A stretch of DNA of 64,000 bases, taken from contig OZ242320.1 of NCBI GenBank assembly GCA_965208125.1, positions 576,001 through 640,000 of the forward strand. Reading direction: 5' to 3'. Below are positions 1-9,822 of this stretch, in pieces (the stretch's first letter is position 1; each line of letters opens with the position of its first letter). The notes below the pieces were generated by a model. That model was not told where the DNA came from. It ran no database searches and worked only from the letters and a program-made list of their open reading frames with translations. The position numbers and the translations under genes were made by a program. The DNA comes from Candidatus Latescibacterota bacterium. GTDB taxonomy: Bacteria > Latescibacterota > UBA2968.

Positions 1-626
1 ATCAACGTCTTATTATCCTCTGTAAACTCCGCAGCGGGATCGGCGCCACTTTCCAAAAGCAACTCTACCGTATCGAGATGCCCGTGCCCGCCAGCGCAAT
101 ACAACACCGTATGCCCGCGATCATTTGCTACATTGACATCTGCACCATGCGCGATCAACAAACGCACAATCTCCGTATCGCCATTGCGCGCCGCATGATG
201 CACAGGCTGATCTCCGCGCCCATCTGTCGCCGTCGCCAGATGGGGATGCCTGTTGAGCAACGCCTGCACCCGCGCTACATCTGCGAGAAAGACAGCCCCC
301 AGGAACTGCCGAGACAAATCATCAGTCGGACGAACATGGGGATCCAGAGCACCGTATTGAATAAGCAACGAAACAATATTTTTATTATTCGGAACCTCAC
401 CAGCGTAGTGCAACACATAGCCATCATGAGCAGCCAGATCAGCACCCGCCTCAATCAGCAGTCGCACGATATCCTCGTGTCGCCAAAGTCCCGCATGAAA
501 AACTGGCCGCCATTCGTATTCATCATCCGCGTCAACAACAGCGGGATCGGCTGCGATCATTTTCCGCACAGCGTCGATATCCCCACGCCTGCATGCATCG
601 TGAATTGTCAATGTGTCACTCATCAT
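1..626 (-). CDS. Ankyrin repeat protein (3' end runs off the window)
   Basis: Not in ORF track. Manual translation MMSDTLTIHDACRRGDIDAVRKMI...GDQPVHHAARNGDTEIVRLLIAHGADVNVANDRGHTVLYCAGGHGHLDTVELLLESGAD shows ankyrin consensus repeats; GAGGG RBS upstream. Confidence 0.9.
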   Translation of the reverse strand, partial: MMSDTLTIHDACRRGDIDAVRKMIAADPAVVDADDEYEWRPVFHAGLWRHEDIVRLLIEAGADLAAHDGYVLHYAGEVPNNKNIVSLLIQYGALDPHVRPTDDLSRQFLGAVFLADVARVQALLNRHPHLATATDGRGDQPVHHAARNGDTEIVRLLIAHGADVNVANDRGHTVLYCAGGHGHLDTVELLLESGADPAAEFTEDNKTL

Positions 627-644
627 TAACCCTCAATTATTTTG

Positions 645-1253
645 TTAAAAGCGTCTTCGAGCAATAACAGAATGAAAACAAATACCGTCTCGGGGTTCTA
701 ATCTGCGATAGTACTCCAACCTGAATGACTTTTGCAAAACTTTGAGAAGTGTCTCCGTCCTTCTCAAAGAAAAAAACCGCTTCGGCTCATAAGTATCTCG
801 CTCCAAAACACCCTCAAAATCCTCGCCTCCCCACACGCCAACATACATCAACCCATCCTCCACGAGCCGAGCCGCAATCAAATCAAAAACCTCATCTATA
901 TCTGCCTGCGGAATATGCAACAGACAATTCATAGAATACACCGCATCAAAAGTCTCGCTCATCTGATCGAGATTATAACAATCCAGAACGCGAGCGGAAA
1001 TACCCTTCTCTCTCGCCAGCTTTACCATCGTCGGCGCGTTGTCAACCGCAACAACCTCGAACCCTTGCTCCTGAAAGAATTTCGCATCGTGGCCGGGACC
1101 GCATCCCAATTCGAGAATAGAACTTCGCTGCTCGTTTCTCAAACACTGCAAAAACGCGCTTCGCTCTCGCACCTTAAACTCATCAGTAGAACTATGCTCC
1201 CTCTCCAGCGCATATCTTTCATACGAGGCAATCAGACTATTGGTGAACTTCAT
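645..1253 (-). CDS. Class I SAM-dependent methyltransferase
   Basis: ILELGCGPG motif I, VVAVD motif, FDAVYS..LLH. Confidence 0.9.
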   Translation of the reverse strand: MKFTNSLIASYERYALEREHSSTDEFKVRERSAFLQCLRNEQRSSILELGCGPGHDAKFFQEQGFEVVAVDNAPTMVKLAREKGISARVLDCYNLDQMSETFDAVYSMNCLLHIPQADIDEVFDLIAARLVEDGLMYVGVWGGEDFEGVLERDTYEPKRFFSLRRTETLLKVLQKSFRLEYYRRLEPRDGICFHSVIARRRF

Positions 1254-1376
1254 GAAAGCCTCCTCAAAATGGATTGGCAGATGGGAACAGCTTGATTTTC
1301 AGCCACAGCCTCCTTATTATGCCTCGCAACATCCACAAAACCAAAGACATTTTTTGTAGATAGGGCAAAGAACTTT

Positions 1377-2741
1377 ATGACAACAGATCAAATCAGAGCG
1401 CGTCTTGAAAGCGACAAAATTCAAAAAATTAAACTCGCTGGCTTCGACATCGACGGCGTTATGCGCGGCAAATACATATCGCTCGACAAATTCTTTTCTG
1501 CCATCGAAAAGGGCCTGGGCTTCTGCGATGTGACATTTGGCTGGGATATGATCGATCAACTCTACGAACAACCCACCGTCACGGGCTGGCATACCGGATA
1601 CCCGGACCTCCTCGCCAAAATCGACCTCAGCACCTATCGCGTGATACCCTGGGAACAAAATACCGCGTTATTTTTACTCGACTTTTACGAAAACAAAAAT
1701 CAGCCACTTGCGGTATCCCCGCGCCAACTGCTCCAAACAGTCGTACGCAAAGCAAATGACATGGGATTCCAGCCATACATGTCCGCAGAATACGAATACT
1801 TCATCTTTCGGGAAACGCCCCACTCTCTTGAGGACAAAGGGTATGAAAATATGACGCCACTCTCGCCTGGATGGTTTGGCTACAGCGTGCTGCGTGCATC
1901 TGCGGCTTCAGAACTTGTTCACGCAATAATCGATGGAATGGGAGCGTATAGCGTTGAACTGGAAGGCATACACACCGAAACAGGACCCGGCGTATATGAA
2001 ACCGCGATTCGGTACGACACGGCATGTAACGCCGCAGACAAAGCCGCGCTATTCAAAACTGGCGTCAAAGAGATACTATCCAGACACGGACTCGTCGCAA
2101 CCTTTATGGCGAGGTGGAGCCCAGATTACCCCGGCTGCAGCGGGCACCTGCACCAGAGCTTGTGGAATTTAGAGGAAGACACAAATTTATTCGCCGATGA
2201 ATCAGATCCACAGGGCATATCTCAAATAATGAAACACTATATCGCCGGACAAATCGCTACAATGCCCCAAATGATGGCACTGATATGCCCGACCATCAAC
2301 GCCTACAAGCGGACAGTCCCCGGTGCCTGGGCGCCGACCAACGCCTCCTGGGGCATTGAAAATCGAACCACATCTCTCCGCGCGATTCCCGGTACATCTC
2401 CTGAATCCACGCGCACCGAATATCGACTGGCTGGCGCCGACGCCAATCCCCATATCTCGATGGCGGCCAGCCTCGCCGCCGGGCTATACGGCATAGAGCA
2501 TCAACTCGACCCCGGCGAGCCGTACAACGGAAATGCCTACGAAGCCCCCGAAGAACGGTTTGCACCTTTGCCAAAATCACTTGAAGAAGCGACAGACCGG
2601 TTAAAAAATAGCGAAATTATCCGCGCCTGTCTCGGCGACGCATTTGTAGATCACTTCGCAATCACCCGCGAACACGAAATTGCGGAATATCGACGCGCCA
2701 TAACGGATTGGGAACTCAAGCGATACTTTGAGATCATCTGA
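1377..2741 (+). CDS. Glutamine synthetase family protein (likely gamma-glutamyl-amine ligase type)
   Basis: DIDGVMRGK, EYEYF, HTETGPGVYE, GCSGHLHQSL, WGIENRT, EYRLAGADANP motifs; 454 aa. Confidence 0.9.
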   Translation: MTTDQIRARLESDKIQKIKLAGFDIDGVMRGKYISLDKFFSAIEKGLGFCDVTFGWDMIDQLYEQPTVTGWHTGYPDLLAKIDLSTYRVIPWEQNTALFLLDFYENKNQPLAVSPRQLLQTVVRKANDMGFQPYMSAEYEYFIFRETPHSLEDKGYENMTPLSPGWFGYSVLRASAASELVHAIIDGMGAYSVELEGIHTETGPGVYETAIRYDTACNAADKAALFKTGVKEILSRHGLVATFMARWSPDYPGCSGHLHQSLWNLEEDTNLFADESDPQGISQIMKHYIAGQIATMPQMMALICPTINAYKRTVPGAWAPTNASWGIENRTTSLRAIPGTSPESTRTEYRLAGADANPHISMAASLAAGLYGIEHQLDPGEPYNGNAYEAPEERFAPLPKSLEEATDRLKNSEIIRACLGDAFVDHFAITREHEIAEYRRAITDWELKRYFEII

Positions 2742-4236
2742 ACGCCTCCACAATATAGTTCCCCACCCGCAGGGCATTTGCCGCAATTGTCAAACTCGGA
2801 TTGACGCCGCCAGATGTGGGAAACACGCTCCCATCCGTCACAAACAAATTGTCAATTCCTCGAAATCGACAGTTTTCATCCAGCACACTCGTCTCTTCAT
2901 CATCGCCCATACGCACTGACCCCACACCATGAGAAAAAGTATCAATGCGATACGTATGAAAAAAAAGCGCGCCTGACGCGCGCAAAATGTCTTTAGCCTT
3001 CTCCACCAGATAATCGCGGCGTTCGCAATCTCGCGCTGTGTACTGATGTATGACCTGTGCACGGCTGATTCCATAAACATCCTTCTCATCTGCCAGCACC
3101 ACGCGATTCTCAAACTGCGGTTCATCCTCTGCAACACACAACAGATTCTGCAAAAAGCCAGCAGCCATTGCCGTCAGGTTTTTAAGTCCAAAAGGCGCGT
3201 GGTGTTTCAGTGCTATAGGCGACGGCGTGTAAATATCCTGGATCACCCCAACGGCGCGACCGTCCTGCCCTCGACAATCTTCGTAAAAATCCGAAAAACA
3301 CACCTGCTTGTGAAACACCTGTTCGGGATTCGTGCGAAATGGAAACACCCCCGCCACAACAGCATTGCAATGCCGCATCAAAAAACGCCCAATCAAATCG
3401 CCCTGCGGAAACGAATGCAACTCTGACCGCAACAAAATAGCCGGACTTTGCAGCGCCCCCGCAGCGACAACAGCAACAGACGCGGGCACATCAAACGCCT
3501 TTTTTGTACGCCGATCCACACACGCCACAGTGCGCACGCGCCCCCGTTTGCAAATAACACGCGCGACCTGCACCCCCGTCAAAATCTCAGCCCCTGCATC
3601 TTGTGCCAATTTGAGCAACGTCATAGTCAGATCATTTTTAGCCTCAATTTGACACGGAAAACCATCGCAGGTCAAACATCGAATACACACGGTTCGCGCT
3701 CGATCCGAAAAATTGATCGCCAGTGGCATGCGAAAAGGCCGATATCCCAATGTACATCCAGCATCCCAAATGCGTTGTGCGGGGCGGGACAGTTCAATAG
3801 GCGGATACAAAAAGTCGCCCGTCCGCGGCGGCTCACACGGATCGACACCCACCTCTCCATGCACTTCCAAAAAGCGCTCGACACAATCGTAATGCGGAGC
3901 CAGATCCCCATACAAAATCGGCCACGCGACCAGATCTTCTTCGCGCAGCCTCAGCGATGCCCCACCGTAAAACACAGACATCCCACCAACCACTTCATTC
4001 TCGACCACATCTGAAAAATCGCGGTCCTCATATTGCCTGACGCGAATCGGTGATGGTCCTTGATAGCGTTTCTCAACCAGCACAGAACGGGGGTCCCAAT
4101 CCTCTGCATCGCGCCTTGCCCAATCGCCCCGCTCCAACAGTAAAACCTTCATACCCGCCGCAGCCAACACATAAGCGCAGGCACTACCTCCAAATCCCGT
4201 ACCGATAATAACAGCGTCGTAATCGTTAAAATTCAT
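2734..4236 (-). CDS. GMC family oxidoreductase
   Basis: GTGFGG FAD motif, VGGMSVFYGG, C-x2-C-x2-C segment, HGVGSVRMG, GGVNPSLTI. Confidence 0.9.
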   Translation of the reverse strand: MNFNDYDAVIIGTGFGGSACAYVLAAAGMKVLLLERGDWARRDAEDWDPRSVLVEKRYQGPSPIRVRQYEDRDFSDVVENEVVGGMSVFYGGASLRLREEDLVAWPILYGDLAPHYDCVERFLEVHGEVGVDPCEPPRTGDFLYPPIELSRPAQRIWDAGCTLGYRPFRMPLAINFSDRARTVCIRCLTCDGFPCQIEAKNDLTMTLLKLAQDAGAEILTGVQVARVICKRGRVRTVACVDRRTKKAFDVPASVAVVAAGALQSPAILLRSELHSFPQGDLIGRFLMRHCNAVVAGVFPFRTNPEQVFHKQVCFSDFYEDCRGQDGRAVGVIQDIYTPSPIALKHHAPFGLKNLTAMAAGFLQNLLCVAEDEPQFENRVVLADEKDVYGISRAQVIHQYTARDCERRDYLVEKAKDILRASGALFFHTYRIDTFSHGVGSVRMGDDEETSVLDENCRFRGIDNLFVTDGSVFPTSGGVNPSLTIAANALRVGNYIVEAFR

Positions 4237-5027
4237 TAAACCTCAAAAACATACAAAACAATTAATCCAACAATAATAACCAGCGCCCCGTAGTGGAATT
4301 TTTCTCGGTTATCAATACATCGCTGAATTCGCGGCAAATCGGGGCGAAATTTGCCCGACATCGTGCGCTGAATATAAGTCTTGTAATACTCCACAACAAA
4401 ACGCTCCAACCCACCATTCATATACACCAGAAATCCCAACGATATGGGATGCAGGGGATCATTTAAAAAATAGAACAGCGGCGAGCAAATCGCCAGCACC
4501 AGGCCCGACCGCTGAAATTTCAAAATTTTAAACCCCTCAAACGGCGCGTCTTTATACGCCCCGCCAAGCGACACCAGCAGACCTGTTACATAAGCAGTCA
4601 GAAGAAATACCCAGAACATCGTCACAGGCGCGGGAATCAACAATACGGCAAAAACGCCCAGCACCAGCACGGTACCAACCGCATAACGCAACAAATCGCT
4701 CGCCACATATCGACCGAAAAACGTAATGCGGGAAGGCACAAAATACTTATCCTGATCTTCCGTGCGAAAAAACCCCTTATAAAGCTCGGCCAAAAACCGT
4801 TCCAACCCCATAATCAGAAAAAAAATCTGAACCCATCCCAACGCAGAAAAACTCGCCTTAAAAATCGGGGCAAAATACAACACCGCAAAAATCACAACAT
4901 GAAAATAAACACTCCTCGGAAACGTCCTGGCCTTAAAATCCTCGTAAGGCGAATCCTTAAACGCCCCCCACAGGGAAGTATAAAGTCCAGATACAATACT
5001 CACGCCCAGACCAATATAGAAATTCAT
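4236..5027 (-). CDS. Hypothetical integral membrane protein with internal two-fold repeat
   Basis: Multiple hydrophobic helices; repeated GA(F/Y)KD.P(Y/F)E.FK and GLERF..E.YK motifs; coupled to neighbours. Confidence 0.75.
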   Translation of the reverse strand: MNFYIGLGVSIVSGLYTSLWGAFKDSPYEDFKARTFPRSVYFHVVIFAVLYFAPIFKASFSALGWVQIFFLIMGLERFLAELYKGFFRTEDQDKYFVPSRITFFGRYVASDLLRYAVGTVLVLGVFAVLLIPAPVTMFWVFLLTAYVTGLLVSLGGAYKDAPFEGFKILKFQRSGLVLAICSPLFYFLNDPLHPISLGFLVYMNGGLERFVVEYYKTYIQRTMSGKFRPDLPRIQRCIDNREKFHYGALVIIVGLIVLYVFEV

Positions 5028-5029
5028 AG

Positions 5030-7474
5030 CTATAATTCCGATTCGTCTAATGCCTTCACTTCACCTTTTTTTCGCACCCGATCTCCTTCAAGCACTTCCA
5101 AAATAGCTGGCAGCACCAGCACGGCGGCCACAAAACAGGTCAACAACCCAATCAGTGCCAGACGCCCAATTGAGTTCAGGCCGGGATGCGTCGCCATCAT
5201 CAATCCAAAAAAGCCGATCATCGTCGTCAACATAGAAATGAACATCGCCCCACCTGTGCTCCTGATCACCACCGGCATGGAACCGGGACCCTCCTCTCGA
5301 TATCGGTGATAGAGATGCACCCCATTGTCAATCCCCATACCAATAATAGTGGGCAACGCGACCATATTGTAGAAATTGAGCTTCAAATCCTGCAAATACA
5401 GCGAACCACACATCCACACAGTGCCACAGGTAAGGGGAAAAATCACCAGCAAAGCAGAGCGCAAACTGCGAAAATCAGCCAGCACAATGAGAAACACAAC
5501 CGCCACTGTCAGCGAAATCGCACGCGGACTATCGCGCAGCATCAACTGCAACATATCGGCAAAAATGATATTGGAACTCGACGAATAAAACACCTTGCCC
5601 GATGCGGTTTGAATCTCGTGTGAATCTTCGGCAAATGCAATGGCATTTTTTCCATCGCGCAACTGCACACTCGGCAAAATTTGTGCGAAATACGCCTGAC
5701 TGCCATCAATAGTCTCAAATTTTCTCAATAAATTCTCGGGCAAATCCTCAACCGAAAGTCTTTTGACATCCAACAAACCGCGCAGAGAATCGAGCTGTGC
5801 CTTTTGCTCTCCCCTGATCAACTTCGCGCCCTCGCCATCGGCCAGCGCGCGAATTTCCCCAATAATATCCAGCTTCTCGTCCTGACCGCGCAACTCTGTC
5901 CAGAGCGTTTTGACTTTGTCAATCGTCGGCGTTGGATCATCTTCGGCTATCTTCTTTTCCAATGCATCCACAATCTCATCGAGTTCCGCTTTGCTATCCG
6001 CCAGCACAATACCATAAGACTGCGATTCACTGCCATATTTCGGAATCGTCGCCATCTTTTGTTTTACTTTCACCGATGCGGGCAAATTGGAACGCAAATT
6101 GGTGAAATCGTATTCAAAATCGATATCGGGCAAATGGATGCCCAGGTATATCGTGAGGATCAGCGCGCTGGCAATCACCAGCTTTGGATATGGAAAATGT
6201 CCCCGGCCACCGCCCCAATTATGCCCCCACACATGCCGCATGCGAATCCACATGAACCTTTGATCCGCCAGCACCAGCACAGCGGGCAATACGGTCGTCA
6301 TCGAGACCAGCGACATCAAAATACCCGTACCCACAATAAAACCAAATTCCGTAAAACCCCTGAAATCTGTCAACGTCAGAGAAAAGAACGCAATAGATGT
6401 GGTTATCGCCGCCGTCAAAATAGCCTGTCCAGTCTGACTCAGCATCGTCTCTATGGACATTCGCACATCCGTCTTGTCCATGCGAACTTCGAGATATCGC
6501 GCAAACATGTGAATGCCAAAATCGATTCCCAGCCCAAACAAAATCACAAACAAGAAAGCCGTCATGGTATTCAAATTGCCGATAACCCAATAAGTAATCG
6601 CAAACGCCCAGATCAGGCCCATCGCCAGCGGAATAGCCACAAAAAAAGCCGCCAACGGCTGGCGAAAATAAAACGTCAAAAGTGCGACAATACCCATGAT
6701 ACCAAATATCAACGTCGAGCGGACATCGCTTAAAATGGTATCGTATTCATCAATCTTGTTCTTAAACGGTCCTCCGTATTCAATCAACATCTGTGGGTGA
6801 TACGCGCGCGGATTCACCTTCTTGACAGCCTGCTGAATCACTCGCTGCATATCTTTGGCAAAACCGATATTGCTCACCGTACCCGCTGCCATTGCCTCCA
6901 GTGCCAGGATGGTGCGGTCGGGATTGGTATAATACGTCTCGTCCCCATTATCCGCCGTGCGATACTTCGACTCAATATCCGAAAAATCGAGCACGGCTTC
7001 TTCTTCATCAAGAGAAATATACAACGGCGACAGCTTCAACTTTTCCTGGATGATATAATCATCTATACGCGTGAGAACCTCATCTAAATCATCCGTTTCC
7101 ATAAACAACAGCGCGTTCTTGCGATAAAATTCCGCATCTCGCTTGTAATCGACAAAGTTGATGTACGTCTCGTAGTTCTCGTCCTGTAATTCACGTGCCA
7201 GATCCTCTGCAAAACGCCTGTTTGCCTCAAACTCAGGACTCTGGACCAAAACCACCAGACTGCCCACACCGCCCACGCGCTGTTTGATCTCATTGAGCGT
7301 CTTCACACTCTGATAATTTTCCGGGATCAGGGCAATGAGATCCGTCTCGAGCTTCCGTCCAAGCCTGTACACAAAAATACTACAAAAAGCCGTCAACAAA
7401 ATCGACACCACAAGAATACCTCTGTAGTGCCGATAAGTCCACCCCGCCAAAAAACGAAGCCCCACTTCAACCAA
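5030..7474 (-). CDS. MMPL/RND family lipid transporter (HpnN-like)
   Basis: Two repeats, each with a periplasmic domain plus TM bundle; GLGIDFGIH and GMGIDNGVH motifs; 814 aa. Confidence 0.9.
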   Translation of the reverse strand: MVEVGLRFLAGWTYRHYRGILVVSILLTAFCSIFVYRLGRKLETDLIALIPENYQSVKTLNEIKQRVGGVGSLVVLVQSPEFEANRRFAEDLARELQDENYETYINFVDYKRDAEFYRKNALLFMETDDLDEVLTRIDDYIIQEKLKLSPLYISLDEEEAVLDFSDIESKYRTADNGDETYYTNPDRTILALEAMAAGTVSNIGFAKDMQRVIQQAVKKVNPRAYHPQMLIEYGGPFKNKIDEYDTILSDVRSTLIFGIMGIVALLTFYFRQPLAAFFVAIPLAMGLIWAFAITYWVIGNLNTMTAFLFVILFGLGIDFGIHMFARYLEVRMDKTDVRMSIETMLSQTGQAILTAAITTSIAFFSLTLTDFRGFTEFGFIVGTGILMSLVSMTTVLPAVLVLADQRFMWIRMRHVWGHNWGGGRGHFPYPKLVIASALILTIYLGIHLPDIDFEYDFTNLRSNLPASVKVKQKMATIPKYGSESQSYGIVLADSKAELDEIVDALEKKIAEDDPTPTIDKVKTLWTELRGQDEKLDIIGEIRALADGEGAKLIRGEQKAQLDSLRGLLDVKRLSVEDLPENLLRKFETIDGSQAYFAQILPSVQLRDGKNAIAFAEDSHEIQTASGKVFYSSSSNIIFADMLQLMLRDSPRAISLTVAVVFLIVLADFRSLRSALLVIFPLTCGTVWMCGSLYLQDLKLNFYNMVALPTIIGMGIDNGVHLYHRYREEGPGSMPVVIRSTGGAMFISMLTTMIGFFGLMMATHPGLNSIGRLALIGLLTCFVAAVLVLPAILEVLEGDRVRKKGEVKALDESEL

Positions 7475-7488
7475 TGAGTGCCACCTTT

Positions 7489-8139
7489 CTAATCCGACGT
7501 ATCTTCACTTAGTTTTTCTTTTAATTTATCCATCAAGCCCGTAAAAGAAGACCTGCGAATCTCCCGGCGAAACTGCGATCGGTTGCTGCGCGCAACACTC
7601 AACTCATCGATGACCATATCGTAAATCAACCACTTCCCATCAACGAGATGCAATTTATAGTCAATCGTACTCGACTCGCGCCTGTAATACACCACCGTCT
7701 TGACAACAGCCTGTGTGCTGTCAACCTCAACGCCCGTATAATCGATCTTTTCCGCTTTAGTATATAACGCGGGATCGGCATAATTTTTCTCGATCAACTG
7801 CCTGTTCACAGCCACAAAATCAGCCCGCTCTTCTTCTGTTCGCGCTGTCCAATCTCGACCGAGGGACTCCCGGCTAAATGTTTCAAAATCGAACAACTCA
7901 CCCACGATAGCTTTAAGCGCAGCGCGCTCTTCAGCCGTATCACCGCCGGTTTCTGAACGCACAATATCCTGAATCGCCCGATCGCGGCTCTTCACCATCT
8001 CGAGCAGCGCATCGCCCTGATTAGACGCGCTCGCCACACCCATCAAAACGAGCATCAGAAACGCAGGCCAGAGCAACAAAATCATAATATATCGCCTATT
8101 AATATCAACAACTTGTTTGCAGACAGAATTTTCATCCAT
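7489..8139 (-). CDS. MlaC/Ttg2D-like periplasmic lipid-binding protein (HpnM-like)
   Basis: Signal-like N-terminus; FDFETFSRESLGRDW; IDYKLH..DGKWLIYDMVIDELS..RSQF; start uncertain. Confidence 0.85.
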   Translation of the reverse strand: MDENSVCKQVVDINRRYIMILLLWPAFLMLVLMGVASASNQGDALLEMVKSRDRAIQDIVRSETGGDTAEERAALKAIVGELFDFETFSRESLGRDWTARTEEERADFVAVNRQLIEKNYADPALYTKAEKIDYTGVEVDSTQAVVKTVVYYRRESSTIDYKLHLVDGKWLIYDMVIDELSVARSNRSQFRREIRRSSFTGLMDKLKEKLSEDTSD

Positions 8140-8342
8140 TTTAATATTTTTTTCCTCCAAAGTCAAGCCAGCGACAGCCTGTCTTAAAAAAAGAGAACTT
8201 GAGTATTAACAAAAAGAAAGAATAGTCTATCGCGCAACAAAATTCTCTAATGATTTTGAAAAAAATACCGCGTACAAACAAACTTCTGTTGAAGTTATAC
8301 ACCCCCCAACAGAAGTTTATCCCAATCCAGATAGGATTTGCA

Positions 8343-9788
8343 TCAATCTGCTTTCTCTCCCACATCCACATTCAAAGCACCGCGCGCGCGAAGCATCTGT
8401 CCGCCAAAGCCAAAAATACCCGCCGTCAACAGGGCAGAACCAATCACGAGGAACCAGTACATACCCTCAATGCTATTGGCGACAGCCAGCGTGCAAAAGA
8501 AAGCGGCAAAAAAATCGCGGCGACTCACAAATTTGAGCGACATACAAAAGCGGTGAAACCACCCGCGTTCACTCTCGGGAACATCGCTCGAAAACGCCAT
8601 ATTAAAACTCACAATACTGCCGGACCCCACCAATTTCATATACAGAAAAATCAGCAATACCCCCAACACATCGAGAAAAACCATCACACCGCCCAGCAGG
8701 GGATAAAATGCCTCACCCGTATATTCGTACATCCCGGCGAGCACCGCGGTAAAAAACACGAGATAGGACATATTATCCGCCAGCGTATCGACCCACTCAC
8801 CCAGGCGAGAACCCATAAATTTTAATTTCGCAATCTCGCCATCACACCCATCTACAATAGACGCAAACTGAAACAACAGCCCGCCCAGTGCCAGATGCAA
8901 ATAACTCGTACTCCCCTTAAAAACCAGCCATGCCGACAGAAAACTCAACAACATCGTCGCAATCGACAACTGGTTTGGCGTTATGGGCGTATGCACGAGC
9001 AGGCGAGAAATGCGCGTGGAAATTTTGCGATTGAAATAGCGCGAAACAAAACCATCGGTCGGCTTGCCGAGTCTGCGAAACATCTCCTGCTCCGCGTGGA
9101 CATGTGCCTCGGGCGTATCCACATCGAGCCAAAACGCGCCATCGATATCCGCAGTCCGCATACTGCCTCTCTCAGCCAGAACGCGAATCCCTCCCGACAA
9201 TGACCCCTCGCCCTCTGCAATAGACTGCTCGAGCGCGCCAAACAAAAACGGACTGCACAGAAAAATTCCCGTATCCACCGCATTGAAATCGGCCAACTCT
9301 TTCCCAATTTTGACCACGCGACGGTTCACTGTCATAACCTTCGTAGCATCTTCCATATCAAAAATGCCATCGAGACCTGTATCGACACACAGCACAGCTT
9401 CATCCTGCCCAACCGGCATACGACGCAATTTGACCAGTATCTCGGGATCAAACAGATGATCGGACATCAAAAGAATAAACGGCTCATCGACATATTCTCT
9501 GGCACTCAATACCGACACCCCATTGCCGCGCGCCCATTCCTTATTTTCAACCCAGTCAATCGCCGCATCCGAAAGCTGTGGATCATCGGCAAGCGCGTGC
9601 ATAATCTCGTGGCACCGATATCCAACCACAACCACAAACTCCGAAATGCCCGCGCGCATAGCCGACAAAATCGTGCGCTTGAGCAATGGCACACCGGCCA
9701 GGGGCACGAGAGGCTTGGGCAAATCCGCCCCATAACCTCTCAACCGACTACCCATACCAGCGGCAATAATTACAGCTTTATTCACCAT
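8343..9788 (-). CDS. Bifunctional NTP-transferase / CDP-alcohol phosphotransferase (IPCT/DIPPS-like)
   Basis: N-terminal IIAAGMGSRL..PKPL and WLDVDTPE; C-terminal ITPNQLS and DGCDGEIAK-x7-GEWVDTLAD CDP-OH transferase motif. Confidence 0.9.
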   Translation of the reverse strand: MVNKAVIIAAGMGSRLRGYGADLPKPLVPLAGVPLLKRTILSAMRAGISEFVVVVGYRCHEIMHALADDPQLSDAAIDWVENKEWARGNGVSVLSAREYVDEPFILLMSDHLFDPEILVKLRRMPVGQDEAVLCVDTGLDGIFDMEDATKVMTVNRRVVKIGKELADFNAVDTGIFLCSPFLFGALEQSIAEGEGSLSGGIRVLAERGSMRTADIDGAFWLDVDTPEAHVHAEQEMFRRLGKPTDGFVSRYFNRKISTRISRLLVHTPITPNQLSIATMLLSFLSAWLVFKGSTSYLHLALGGLLFQFASIVDGCDGEIAKLKFMGSRLGEWVDTLADNMSYLVFFTAVLAGMYEYTGEAFYPLLGGVMVFLDVLGVLLIFLYMKLVGSGSIVSFNMAFSSDVPESERGWFHRFCMSLKFVSRRDFFAAFFCTLAVANSIEGMYWFLVIGSALLTAGIFGFGGQMLRARGALNVDVGEKAD

Positions 9789-9822
9789 AACTTCTACAAC
9801 CTTTCGCAATATCCCGAGCAAT

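Noticed and set aside
78-629. 183-aa + strand ORF, and many other long antisense ORFs (e.g. 17567-18796, 45680-46906, 60005-61291)
   Set aside because: They lie opposite well-supported genes and have no recognisable motifs; they are shadow ORFs.
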